Notes under the pieces: model-generated
Seen by the model: only the letters and a program-made list of their open reading frames with translations
Databases searched by the model: none
What the model was told of the DNA's origin: nothing
NCBI GenBank assembly: GCA_964622545.1
Contig: CAZUQM010000002.1
Span: forward strand, 225,713 to 289,712
Length of the DNA stretch: 64,000 bases
Origin: an uncultured Planctomycetales bacterium
Lineage (GTDB): Bacteria > Planctomycetota > Phycisphaerae > UBA1845 > JAFGLZ01
Direction: 5' to 3'
In this document: positions 10,615 through 19,750 of the stretch, one piece after another
Layout of the letters: each line of letters opens with the position of its first letter
How positions within the stretch are numbered: the first letter of the stretch is position 1
Program-made: the position numbers and the translations under genes

Positions 10615-11511
10615 ATGATGCAGCCCGAAGAGATCAGCTTGATCCTGCGTCCGAGCCGACCCGGCCGAACGCCGCCCACTTGGCCGGCGCGACGCACCGG
10701 CGGCTACCCATGCTTCGCCCGCTTGTGGCTGCCCGAACGACCCGAGCGCGCGGTCCTCTACCTCCACGGCATCCAGTCGCACGGCGTCTGGTTTGAGGCA
10801 TCGGCCGCGCGGCTGGCTGAGGCCGGCTCCGCGGTGCTGCTGCCCGACCGCCGCGGCAGCGGTCGCAACGAGCGAGACCGAGGTCATGCCGACTCGCCCG
10901 CACAGCTCGTCGACGACCTGATCGTCGCGCTCGACGCCCTCGCCGAACGCACAGGCCTGAGCCGTGCCACAGTCGTGGCGGTCAGTTGGGGCGGTAAACT
11001 CGCCCTGGCGCTGGCCAGACGGGCCCCCGATCGTCTGGACAGACTCGTCCTCGTCGCACCGGGGCTGTTTCCGCGGGTCGACATCCCCACGAGCCACAAG
11101 CTCAACGTCGCCTGGTCGTGCCTGACGCGACCCGGTCGACTCTTCGACGTGCCGCTGAACGACCCCGAGCTCTTCACGGCCACGCCGGGGTGGATCGACT
11201 TCCTGCACAACGATCCGCTGGGCGTGCGCCAAGTGACCGCGCGATTCCTGCTGACCTCGCGCCGGCTCGACTGGGAGGTCCGTCGCTACGGCCGACGACC
11301 ACCGCGCGTGCCGCTCACGCTCTTTTTGGCCGGGCGCGACCGCATCATCGACAACGAGCAGACCCGTCACTTCGTACGATGCCTGCCGATCGCCGACCGC
11401 ACGATCATCGACCACCCCGACGCGCACCACACGCTGGAGTTCGAGCCCGACCCGACGACCTACTTTGATGATCTTGCTATGGCTGTGAACGAAGGAAACG
11501 CGGCAAGATAG
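10615..11511 (+). CDS. alpha/beta-fold hydrolase (lysophospholipase-like)
   Basis: LYLHGIQSHGVWF oxyanion-region motif, nucleophile elbow VAVSWGGKLA and a C-terminal DHPDAHHTLEFE (catalytic His region). Confidence 0.8.
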   Translation: MMQPEEISLILRPSRPGRTPPTWPARRTGGYPCFARLWLPERPERAVLYLHGIQSHGVWFEASAARLAEAGSAVLLPDRRGSGRNERDRGHADSPAQLVDDLIVALDALAERTGLSRATVVAVSWGGKLALALARRAPDRLDRLVLVAPGLFPRVDIPTSHKLNVAWSCLTRPGRLFDVPLNDPELFTATPGWIDFLHNDPLGVRQVTARFLLTSRRLDWEVRRYGRRPPRVPLTLFLAGRDRIIDNEQTRHFVRCLPIADRTIIDHPDAHHTLEFEPDPTTYFDDLAMAVNEGNAAR

Positions 11512-11569
11512 CACTGTAGTCGCGTGGCCTATCCTGGTGAAGCAGTCCAGGGAGAATCAGCTTGGGTGG

Positions 11570-11658
11570 CATGGCCACGCTGTTGTTCGCGTGGCCATGT
11601 GAGCGAATTAGTCAATCATGCCCACGTGCCCACGCAGGCGTGTGCACGACGTGGGCAT
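11570..11658. terminator. two hairpin-forming palindromes between convergent genes (possible bidirectional terminators)
   Basis: CATGGCCACG(10 nt)CGTGGCCATG at 11570-11599 and ATGCCCACGT(21 nt)ACGTGGGCAT at 11618-11658. They lie between the stops at 11511 (+) and 11684 (-). No clear U-tract. Confidence 0.35.
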
Positions 11659-11683
11659 GCCACCCGACGGCGCGGGGGACGGT

Positions 11684-13402
11684 CTACCCCGCGGCCTTGG
11701 CAGCGCGGGCGAGTTGCAGCTTGAACCCGTCCCCCGTGACGATCGTGTCCGAGACGACGGGCACGGAGCCGGACTCGGGGAGGACGACCTTCATCGACGT
11801 CGCCTCGACGATGTCTCGCTGGATGTCCACGCCGGGCATGACGTTGATCAGCTCCATCCCCCGAGGGGTGAGATGGAACGTGCCCACGTTGGTGATGTAG
11901 TACACCTTCTTGCCGGTCTTGAGCGCCTCCTGCCCGTTGAACGTGATCTCGTCGACCTGGTCGACGAACTTCACCTTGCCCCGCTCACCGAGCCGCACGC
12001 GCCCGCCCTCGAGGGCGATCCGTCCACCAGCCATCCAACTGCTCACGAAAACGACCATCTTGGCCGCCGTGGTTAGGTCGATGAACCCACCCGGCCCGAC
12101 GTAGTTGATCGCCCCCTCGCCGCGCTTGCTCACGTTGACGTTGCCGTGGCTGTCGGCCTGGAGCACCCCGAGGATCGTCACGTCGAGATTCTCGTAGCAC
12201 TTGGTGAAGACCTGCGCTGAGCTCACCATCCGTTCCGGACAAGCGGCCGCGCCGAAGAACGCGCCAGGTGCCGGTACGCCGCCGATCACGCCGCTCTCGG
12301 TGAAGAGCGTGATCTGCTTCGTGATGCCCGCGCCGAGCATGAGCCGGCAGACCTCCTCCGGCAGCCCCACGCCGATGTTCACGAACGCGCCGGGACGGGC
12401 GTTCTGGGCGAAGATGCTGGCCGCCAGGCGCGCCGTCGCGTGCTCGATCGGCTTGCGTCGCGGTGTGAGACCCAACACGGAGTTCGCGAACCGCGCCCGC
12501 TCGATGGCCTCGGCGACGGGCATGTCGCTCTCGGTGGTGAACATCGTCCATCGACGCCGGTGCGGGATAGAGCCCGTCTGCTCCGTGCCCTTCCACACCA
12601 CGATGGCGTCGACGTCCTCGGCCGGCAGGAACACCTCGTCATAGCCCTCGTCGACGAGCATACCCACGTTGACGATGACCTTACCGCCGTTGGCCTTGGC
12701 GGCCCGGGCCAACTCGCCGCTTTCGGCGATCATGGCCGTGTTCTTCATGTAAATGTTGCCCTTGCGGTCGGCGGCCGGGGCGTTGAACATGCCTACGGTG
12801 ATCTTCGGCAGCTCGTAGCGGAGCTTGTCGCCCACGACCGTCACGAGCTGTTCATCCGTGTTCGCCAGCGGCGTGCCGCGCCCGACGCGCGGATCGACGA
12901 ACGTGCCGATCCCGGTGGTGTGCTCGAGCGTGGTCTCACCGCGGCTCTGCCCGTCGATCATGAACGCCATCAACCCCTGCGGCAGCACCTGAAGCTCGGC
13001 CTTGCCCGCGTCGCCCAGCCGCAGCAGCGACTTGAACGTCTCCATGTGGCCTGTGATAAGGCGTGTGACCAAGCCCTCCTGACCGAGTTCCTCGAGCGTG
13101 CCGGGGATCTTGTTCCGCCCGCCGATGCCGCCGATGGCGATGGCCGTCAGGTCGCGCGGGTGCCCCGTCTCGAGGAACACGTCGCGGATGCCCCAGTACA
13201 GCATGCTGACCCGCTGGTTTCCGCCGAGACCGGAGATACCGATCACGTCGCCGTCCTGGATGCACTCACGGGCCGCGTCACGCGGGCCCATGAACTTCGG
13301 GTTGCCCGGAACGGTCACGGCGAATCGCGTGTTCTGTCGATACCAACCGGCGCGCCAACGCGCGATGTGGAGGACCAGACGGACTTTGGTCAGGATATTC
13401 AT
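11684..13402 (-). CDS. family I acyl-CoA:acetate/3-ketoacid CoA-transferase (fused alpha/beta, YdiF-like)
   Basis: 572 aa. The N-terminal half has GDVIGISGLGG; the C-terminal half has ITLFTESGVIGGVP (SENG-type catalytic Glu motif) and VTILGVLQADSHGNVN. Confidence 0.8.
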   Translation of the reverse strand: MNILTKVRLVLHIARWRAGWYRQNTRFAVTVPGNPKFMGPRDAARECIQDGDVIGISGLGGNQRVSMLYWGIRDVFLETGHPRDLTAIAIGGIGGRNKIPGTLEELGQEGLVTRLITGHMETFKSLLRLGDAGKAELQVLPQGLMAFMIDGQSRGETTLEHTTGIGTFVDPRVGRGTPLANTDEQLVTVVGDKLRYELPKITVGMFNAPAADRKGNIYMKNTAMIAESGELARAAKANGGKVIVNVGMLVDEGYDEVFLPAEDVDAIVVWKGTEQTGSIPHRRRWTMFTTESDMPVAEAIERARFANSVLGLTPRRKPIEHATARLAASIFAQNARPGAFVNIGVGLPEEVCRLMLGAGITKQITLFTESGVIGGVPAPGAFFGAAACPERMVSSAQVFTKCYENLDVTILGVLQADSHGNVNVSKRGEGAINYVGPGGFIDLTTAAKMVVFVSSWMAGGRIALEGGRVRLGERGKVKFVDQVDEITFNGQEALKTGKKVYYITNVGTFHLTPRGMELINVMPGVDIQRDIVEATSMKVVLPESGSVPVVSDTIVTGDGFKLQLARAAKAAG

Positions 13403-13489
13403 GAACCGCTATTCTAGTGACATGCGACGCTGTGACAAGGCCGTCGGGCTTCGCGGCATAAGCGCCGCGGTGGTGCCGAATCAGCGTAT

Positions 13490-14710
13490 TCAGGCCAACG
13501 AGATCCCCATATCCTCGCCGAAGCTCACATAACGACTGTCGCTCTCGAACGATAGCCGCACGGCCTCGTTGATGGCCGTGCCGATAAGGGCCTGGTCGGG
13601 CAGCGGGCGGACGGTCTCGAGCGTTGCGATCAGCTCCTTCCGCCTCGCCAAGGCGGTCGCTTCGTCCAAGCCGGCCGTCGCGGCCTGAATCGCGCGGATG
13701 TCGTCCAGCGGCTGCTTGATCGAATCGTAGCCGTAGCCGACCCACTCGGTGCGATCGGGCGCGTCCCAGTCGTTGTAGCCCTTAAAGAAGTTGGGATTGA
13801 AGTGCTCATAGCCGGTGGCCTGCGTGCAGAAGAACGTGTTGCGGTCTTTGTGGTCCGACCAGACCTCGCCCTGCGTGCCCATCAAACACAGGCCCTGGCT
13901 GGTCAGCGCAGTCTGATGGTCAGAGCAAACCCAGCCCGTGCGGATGAACAGCACCGAGCCGTCCTCCCACTCGATCGTGGCGCTGACCGTATCGAACGCG
14001 TCTTTGCCGAGTGAGGGCAGCAGCTTCTTCTGTCCGAACGCCACGAGCCGCTTGGGCCGAAGCCCCGTGATGAAGTAGTACGCGTCGGCATAGTGCACGC
14101 CGATGTACTCGAACGGGCTCGATTGCTCGCACCAGTTGGCGAACCAATGCAGGGGCATCTCGCGCCGCTCCTCGATCCACGCGTGGCCGTGCAGCATCTC
14201 GCCCAGCCCGCCGTCGCGGTAGCGCTTGCGAATCGCGCGGATCGCGCGGTCGTGCCGCTTGTGGTAGTCGGTATAGACGTAGATGCCGGCCTGGCGCGCG
14301 GCCTCACGGATGTGCCGCGCCTCGTCGATCTTCAGGCAGAGGGGCTTCTCGACCACGCAGTGATGGCCCGTCCGGATGGCCTCGTCGATGACGGGCGTGT
14401 GGAAGTGGTCGGGCGTGGCCACGATGACGATGCCGTCGGGCGGCAGCTCGGCGATCGCGCGGCGGTACGCCTCGGGCTCCATCGCGTCGGCCCCGTCCGT
14501 GTCGGGATCGGGAAAGGCGCGGAAAGAACGGTCGGCGACCTCGTAACGATCGCGCAACCAGGCGATGCGTTCGGCCCGGCGCGTCGCGACCCAGACCTCG
14601 CCGATCAGGCCTCGAGCTTGTTCCTGAAAGACGGTGGGCAGGATGACCTCGGCACTGATCATGCCGCCGCCCACGACGAGCACGGGTGGTGCTGAAGCTG
14701 ACGTGTTCAC
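13490..14710 (-). CDS. Gfo/Idh/MocA family oxidoreductase
   Basis: Rossmann N-terminus PPVLVVGGGMISAEVILP and VVEKPL motif. I place the start at the GTG at 14710, preceded by AAAAAGGACGG. The track ORF start at 14794 is a TTG with no RBS. Confidence 0.8.
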   Translation of the reverse strand: MNTSASAPPVLVVGGGMISAEVILPTVFQEQARGLIGEVWVATRRAERIAWLRDRYEVADRSFRAFPDPDTDGADAMEPEAYRRAIAELPPDGIVIVATPDHFHTPVIDEAIRTGHHCVVEKPLCLKIDEARHIREAARQAGIYVYTDYHKRHDRAIRAIRKRYRDGGLGEMLHGHAWIEERREMPLHWFANWCEQSSPFEYIGVHYADAYYFITGLRPKRLVAFGQKKLLPSLGKDAFDTVSATIEWEDGSVLFIRTGWVCSDHQTALTSQGLCLMGTQGEVWSDHKDRNTFFCTQATGYEHFNPNFFKGYNDWDAPDRTEWVGYGYDSIKQPLDDIRAIQAATAGLDEATALARRKELIATLETVRPLPDQALIGTAINEAVRLSFESDSRYVSFGEDMGISLA

Positions 14711-14920
14711 GGTTCCGTCCTTTTTCCTGTGTACGGCATGACTCGACCGGTGCAAATCCTGGTGGAGGATAGCCTTCGCGACCGGCTCGGGCAACGGAGG
14801 ACAAGCCCATGCAGCCCATCCTGCGAGATAGGCAGTCGCAGAAGAAATCGCCTACAGGAGTCTGGAACTGTCCCATGGGCTCGTGTATCACATTAGATAG
14901 CACACGATAGGAGCCACGCC

Positions 14921-15373
14921 ATGGTCAAAGACATCCTCGCCAGAAAAGGATCGTTCGTCGCCTCCGTCGAGAAGGAGAAGACCGTCCTCGAGGCCGCCCG
15001 CATCATGAACGCCCGCCGCATCGGCGCGCTCGTCGTGACGGACGCCGACAAAGTCATCGGCATCTTCACCGAGCGCGACGTCATGATCCGCGTCGTCGCC
15101 CTGCAGCTCGATCCAGCCAGGACGACCGTGGGCCAGGTGATGACCTGTCCGGTCGCCTGCTGCCACCTCGATACCTCGCTGGACGAGATCCTCAACGTCA
15201 TGACGACGCGCCGCATCCGCCACCTGCCCGTCGTGGATGAAGGCAAGCTCGTCGGCATCGTCACCAGCGGCGACGTGCTTGCCAAGGAGGTGGCCGACAA
15301 GCAGGAGAAAATCGACGGCCTACAGCAGTCGGTCGAGGACCTTCACGAGTACATGTTCGGCTCGTACCGTTGA
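14921..15373 (+). CDS. CBS domain pair protein
   Basis: 150 aa with two CBS repeats (VLEAARIMNARRIGALVVTD..; LDEILNVMTTRRIRHLPVVDEGKLVGIVTSGDV). AGGAG RBS. Confidence 0.85.
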   Translation: MVKDILARKGSFVASVEKEKTVLEAARIMNARRIGALVVTDADKVIGIFTERDVMIRVVALQLDPARTTVGQVMTCPVACCHLDTSLDEILNVMTTRRIRHLPVVDEGKLVGIVTSGDVLAKEVADKQEKIDGLQQSVEDLHEYMFGSYR

Positions 15374-15556
15374 GCGCCCCGTAACATCGAACCGGTAGTG
15401 CAGCCTGGCACGAGTCCGCCCGGGACGGCTTCGTGGCAAGGTCACCGGACGCGGCAAGCGGTCTGTCGTCATGGCCGCCGAACCGATCCCGGCAGCTCGG
15501 ACATGACGACGCCGGCCTCTCCAGCCCCGGCGCACCCCCTGAGGAGGTTCATCTCC

Positions 15557-16567
15557 ATGCACCCCATCTCCCGCTCGTTGACGGTGTCGGCACTGGCTCT
15601 TGGCGCGGTCGGACTGACCGGTGTCCGGCTCGTCGCCGCTGAGAGCGACACGAACGCCGAGCGACGGCTCCAGTATCGCTCGGGCTCGGCCGAGCACGCG
15701 CGGGCGTGGCAGAAGCGCGTCCGGGCCGAGCTGTTCGACATCCTCAAGCTCGACGACCTGGTGGGCAAGACCATCCCGCTGAATCCCAAGATCATCAAGT
15801 CCGAGGACTGTGGGACCTACACCCTGCGCGAGATCGAGCTGAGCTCGACGCCGACGCGGCGGTACAAGGTGGTCTTCACCTTCCCAAGGCGCAGCACACG
15901 TCCCGTGCCCGGTGTGGTCTGTATCCACGGACATGGCGGGAATCGCACCACGCCGTACGACCCGAAGAAGGCGCCATACAAGGAATTCGGCAAGGCCCTG
16001 GCCGAGCGCGGCGCGGTGACGATCTCGACCGACGTCGGCCAGCACAAGGTCTACGAGCGCGACAAGGGCCGCATCCTGATGGGCGAGCGGCTGTGGGACC
16101 TGATGCGCTGCGTGGACTACCTCGTGGCCATCGATAAGGTCGACAAGGGGCGCATCGGCTGCGCGGGCCTGTCGCTGGGCGGCGAGATGGCCATGTGGCT
16201 CGGCGCGATGGACACGCGGATCGCCGCGACGGTGAGCTGCGGCTTCCTGACCGTGATGGACCAGATGGAGAAGAACCACTGTATGTGCTGGAAGTTCCCG
16301 GGACTCCGCGAGCGCGTCGATTACGCGGACATCTATGCCCTGATCGCCCCTCGGCCGCTGCAATGCCAGAACGGCCTGAAGGAGGGTACGACGCAGTTCT
16401 ACGTCCCGATCGCCCGCAAGGCGATGTCCGAGATCAAACCGATCTACGCCGACCTCGGCAAGCCCGAGAACGTCGAGCTGCACGTCCACCCGGGCGGACA
16501 TGAGATCGACCTACCCGCCCTGCTGCTGTTCCTCGGCAAGCACCTCCGCATGCCGCCGAGTCATTGA
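15557..16567 (+). CDS. secreted alpha/beta hydrolase (acetyl-xylan-esterase / dienelactone-hydrolase-like)
   Basis: GAGGAGG RBS 9 nt before ATG 15557. Signal peptide MHPISRSLTVSALALGAVGLTGVRLVAAES. Also has VVCIHGHGGN and the nucleophile elbow GCAGLSLGGEMA. Confidence 0.8.
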   Translation: MHPISRSLTVSALALGAVGLTGVRLVAAESDTNAERRLQYRSGSAEHARAWQKRVRAELFDILKLDDLVGKTIPLNPKIIKSEDCGTYTLREIELSSTPTRRYKVVFTFPRRSTRPVPGVVCIHGHGGNRTTPYDPKKAPYKEFGKALAERGAVTISTDVGQHKVYERDKGRILMGERLWDLMRCVDYLVAIDKVDKGRIGCAGLSLGGEMAMWLGAMDTRIAATVSCGFLTVMDQMEKNHCMCWKFPGLRERVDYADIYALIAPRPLQCQNGLKEGTTQFYVPIARKAMSEIKPIYADLGKPENVELHVHPGGHEIDLPALLLFLGKHLRMPPSH

Positions 16568-16762
16568 GGGAACCCTGTCTTGATCGAGTTTCGAGTAGCG
16601 TTCGAGCTCATGGCCGTACTATAGACAGGACGACGATATCAGACATTTCGACTTGACGACACTCATAGACCTGGCTAGTCTTTCCCGATCATACACCTAA
16701 CTAAGCGCAAGCGAGTTAGCCTGCGGGAGTCAAGTCGGGACACGGATGAAGCGGAGAGCGTC

Positions 16763-17251
16763 ATGGATCGTCGCCAGATCGGCCTGGTGCTTGCGTTGGA
16801 GCGGCTTGGCATGCCGCTTGAGTTAACAAGCTTCGATGACCGTCTTATCCTTTAGAAGGCCATCTACTTCGCGGAAGCAGCGGGCGTTCACTTGGGTTAT
16901 GATCACAATTGGTATCTGCGTGGCCCGTATTCCCCCGGTCTGACTCGAGATGCCTTCGCGGCCAAGGCGGAGTTGGCTGAAGACCGTCAGGAAGTTGCTG
17001 GCTGGAAGCTGGACGACGATTCGCTGCAGCGGCTCGCGCGATTGCGGGACTTGGTCGAAGGTGGACAGAAGGAGGAACTCGCAAAACGCTTGGAGCTTCT
17101 GGCGTCGATTCACTATCTCGTAATGCGTCGTGGGATGTCTCAAAATGACGTTGAGTCACTCACTAAGGAGCTGCAGAATCGCGGCAAGGAATGCCACGGT
17201 GCCATGGTTCAAGACGGGATACGGCAGCTTGCTGAACACGCGCTAATCTGA
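16763..17251 (+). pseudogene. YwgA/Panacea(DUF4065)-like small protein interrupted by an in-frame TAG
   Basis: ATG 16763 gives MDRRQIGLVLALERLGMPLELTSFDDRLIL. A TAG follows at 16853-16855. The same frame then continues KAIYFAEAAGVHLGYDHNWYLRGPYSPGLTRDAF...LELLASIHYLV to the stop at 17251. The stop falls where related families carry the Q of a L-Q-K-x-x-Y motif. The family assignment is from memory and of low certainty. Confidence 0.6.
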
Positions 17252-17264
17252 CTCCCCCCGCCCT

Positions 17265-18646
17265 ATGATCGTCGACTCGATCCATGGTGATATTCATCTC
17301 TCCGAACTCGAGCGGCGCATCATCGATACTGCCTCGTTTCAGCGTCTACGCCATCTGAAGCAGTTGGGCATGGGGCACATGACGTACCCCAACGCCACAC
17401 ACTCCCGCTTCTCGCACAGTCTAGGGGTACTCGCCGTGATGCGGCGCGTGGGGGAGGTTGCCGGAGACGCCCTGCTACTCAGAAATGATGCTGATCGGAG
17501 GATCTACGCCTCGCCGGACTTCTCCATGACACCGGGCACTATCCCTATTCCCATCTGATGGAAGCCGTCGACAAAGTGAAGCTCACCGAGGAATTCGTTA
17601 ACGACCAGAGTCTACAAACCATCGACACCTCGAAGAAAGCCTACCCGTCGCATGAGGAACTGGGTGAACTCATCGTGACGCAGCAACCCGATATCCTTGA
17701 AGCCATCGGGAACTCGGATCGCGCCAGGACGATTGCTTCACTCTTTCGCGGGGAACAAGCCGAGACCGAGCAACTCAGCCGCCTCGTGCACAGTAGTCTG
17801 GACATCGACCGACTCGACTACCTTCTGCGCGACGCCCATGCCACCGGTGTTCCCTACGGCCGGATCGACCTCAATTAGCTGCTAAACAACCTTCGTGTCA
17901 GTCCCAAGGGTGTGGTCGGAATCGACGCGAAGGCCTTGCCGGCTGCGGAGCAATGCCTCCTCGCCCGGTTCTTCATGTACCGGACCGTCTACTATCACAA
18001 GACGACGTACGCCTTGGAGGAAGCCTGCCGACAGCTCCTTCGTCGATTGAGGGACAAAGGCGTCCACGGCCTCGCTGCGAATGGTGACGACATCCGGTCC
18101 ATCGCTACAACGGAGAAGATAGGCGAGTTCACTGACGCCTACGTGGACCAACTGGTCTACAAGGCGGCTGAGTCCAAGGATGGGGACGTGGAACACCTTG
18201 CCCGCGCTCTCCTAAGCCGGCGGCCCCCGAGGCTGCTTAAGGAAGTGGCTGTCCTAGAGGACGACGGAACACGACATCACGCCGGCAGCGCATTCAGACG
18301 GGAATGCAAGCATCGTCTGGCCGAATTCGCCGGAAACCATAACCTCGGGCTGAGCAGGTTTCTGTTTTGCGAGACCAGGCCGCTGCGCGTTGAGGTACGA
18401 GGTTCCCGACTCTCTGAACAGCAAGCGCGGGATCTCGACCCGCTGGAGAAGGAGGAACTCATCAAGGTGTTTCTGCCAGACCAAGACGAACCGACATCCA
18501 TTGTGAGCATCCCATACAGCCTCATAGGCAAGTGCTCAGGTCAGTACTTCCAGTTCTTCCGGCTCTATGTCGTGACCGGTCCGGAGATGGACGAAGCGAC
18601 GGTTCGCGACATGCGAAGGGAGGTCGCCAGATGGGATGAGGCCTGA
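17265..18646 (+). pseudogene. SAMHD1/dGTPase-like HD-domain dNTP triphosphohydrolase, disrupted by one frameshift and one in-frame TAG
   Basis: The first frame reads [43 protein letters not shown]. Around 17492-17500 the sensible reading shifts frame to [25 protein letters not shown] (HD motif), then ...LDIDRLDYLLRDAHATGVPYGRIDLN. A TAG follows at 17876-17878. The same frame then continues LLNNLRV...ARFFMYRTVYYHKTTY (HD-associated region) to the stop at 18646. Confidence 0.7.
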
Positions 18647-18714
18647 TTCCCATCTTCGCATTGTGCTTCGGTAACCCCACTTCAACACCATCTGCTGTGC
18701 GAGAGAATTGCCCC

Positions 18715-19587
18715 TCACGGCCCCGTCGACCAGATCCACCTGCCGCCGGACGTGAGGTAGTCGATCGAGCCGTCGGGGTTGCGAAAGCCGAAGTAGAACT
18801 TTCCGGTCCGCGGGTTGAAGAGGTCCTGTCCGCCGCGCTGGTTGCTGATGCCGTAGAGCGTCGTGCCCGTCCGCGGGTTGAAGCGATCGACCGTCCCGTC
18901 GGGGTTCAGGTAGCCCGGTATGTATTGGCCCATCGCGGGGGAATACAGCTCACGACGGGCCCCGCCGGCCGGACCCGGCGGCATGGGACCCTGCCGGCCA
19001 TACCGCTTTCGCGCCCTCTCGAGCGTCGGGCCGTAACCGCCACGATAGCCGTATCGGGTCCCGGTCGGTGGCCTCCAGTGTGTGCTTGTCTCGTCGCGAT
19101 CCGGCTCCGCCGGACCGGGCGACATCACCGTATCATAGGGACCCTTCGGCCAGCCCGGGCTCGCAGCGCTCCTGTCCGCACGGGCCCCCGGCTGGTCGAA
19201 GCCTCGCCTGAGCTGCGGCGCCGCCTGGATCCCATCAGAGGACAGCGGGGTCGAAGCCATCGTCGGGTCGGGCACCTGTGTCGGGTTGGCCCGAGGGGTC
19301 CGCCGAAGCCAGGGATACCTGTTCTCGCGCTCATCGCTCGAGTCGCCGGCCGTGCCTCGCCGCCATCTCGGCACCCGGTTGCGACGGCTCATTCGGTCGC
19401 TTCGTCGCACCGAAGAGGGCCTGGTCGTGGCCCTACCAGCATCCGCCGGCTTGCCGGTCACGCCAGCAGCGGCCGGAACGCCTCGACGCGCAGCGTTGTC
19501 CTCGGCGGCCTGGCTGGATCCGCCGGCAGCGCCCACCAACGATGCAAGCACCGACGTGGTTACGATGAAGGACCATCGCGGGAACAT
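18715..19587 (-). CDS. secreted hypothetical protein (Arg/Pro/Gly-rich, C-terminal NP[RD][TG]G repeats)
   Basis: The internal ATG at 19587 gives the signal peptide MFPRWSFIVTTSVLASLVGAAGGSSQAAED. The C-terminus has YLNPDGTVDRFNPRTGTTLYG...LFNPRTGKFYFGFRNPDGSIDY. Third-codon positions are GC-rich on this strand, and it is co-directional with the upstream DUF763 gene. The + strand ORF 18661..19911 is rejected. Confidence 0.55.
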   Translation of the reverse strand: MFPRWSFIVTTSVLASLVGAAGGSSQAAEDNAARRGVPAAAGVTGKPADAGRATTRPSSVRRSDRMSRRNRVPRWRRGTAGDSSDERENRYPWLRRTPRANPTQVPDPTMASTPLSSDGIQAAPQLRRGFDQPGARADRSAASPGWPKGPYDTVMSPGPAEPDRDETSTHWRPPTGTRYGYRGGYGPTLERARKRYGRQGPMPPGPAGGARRELYSPAMGQYIPGYLNPDGTVDRFNPRTGTTLYGISNQRGGQDLFNPRTGKFYFGFRNPDGSIDYLTSGGRWIWSTGP

Positions 19588-19750
19588 GGCACGACTCCTG
19601 GCCGAACGGTCGGCAGGAAGGTACGTCCAAGGACACGGCCAAACGGTGGCCTGGGCCCCTATCCATTCTACCCCTTGGATGCGTGCGAAGGTCGAGAAAA
19701 CGCATCCTCCCCATCGCCAGGCACCGCCGACGCGCCGCGGGGCAGTCCGG

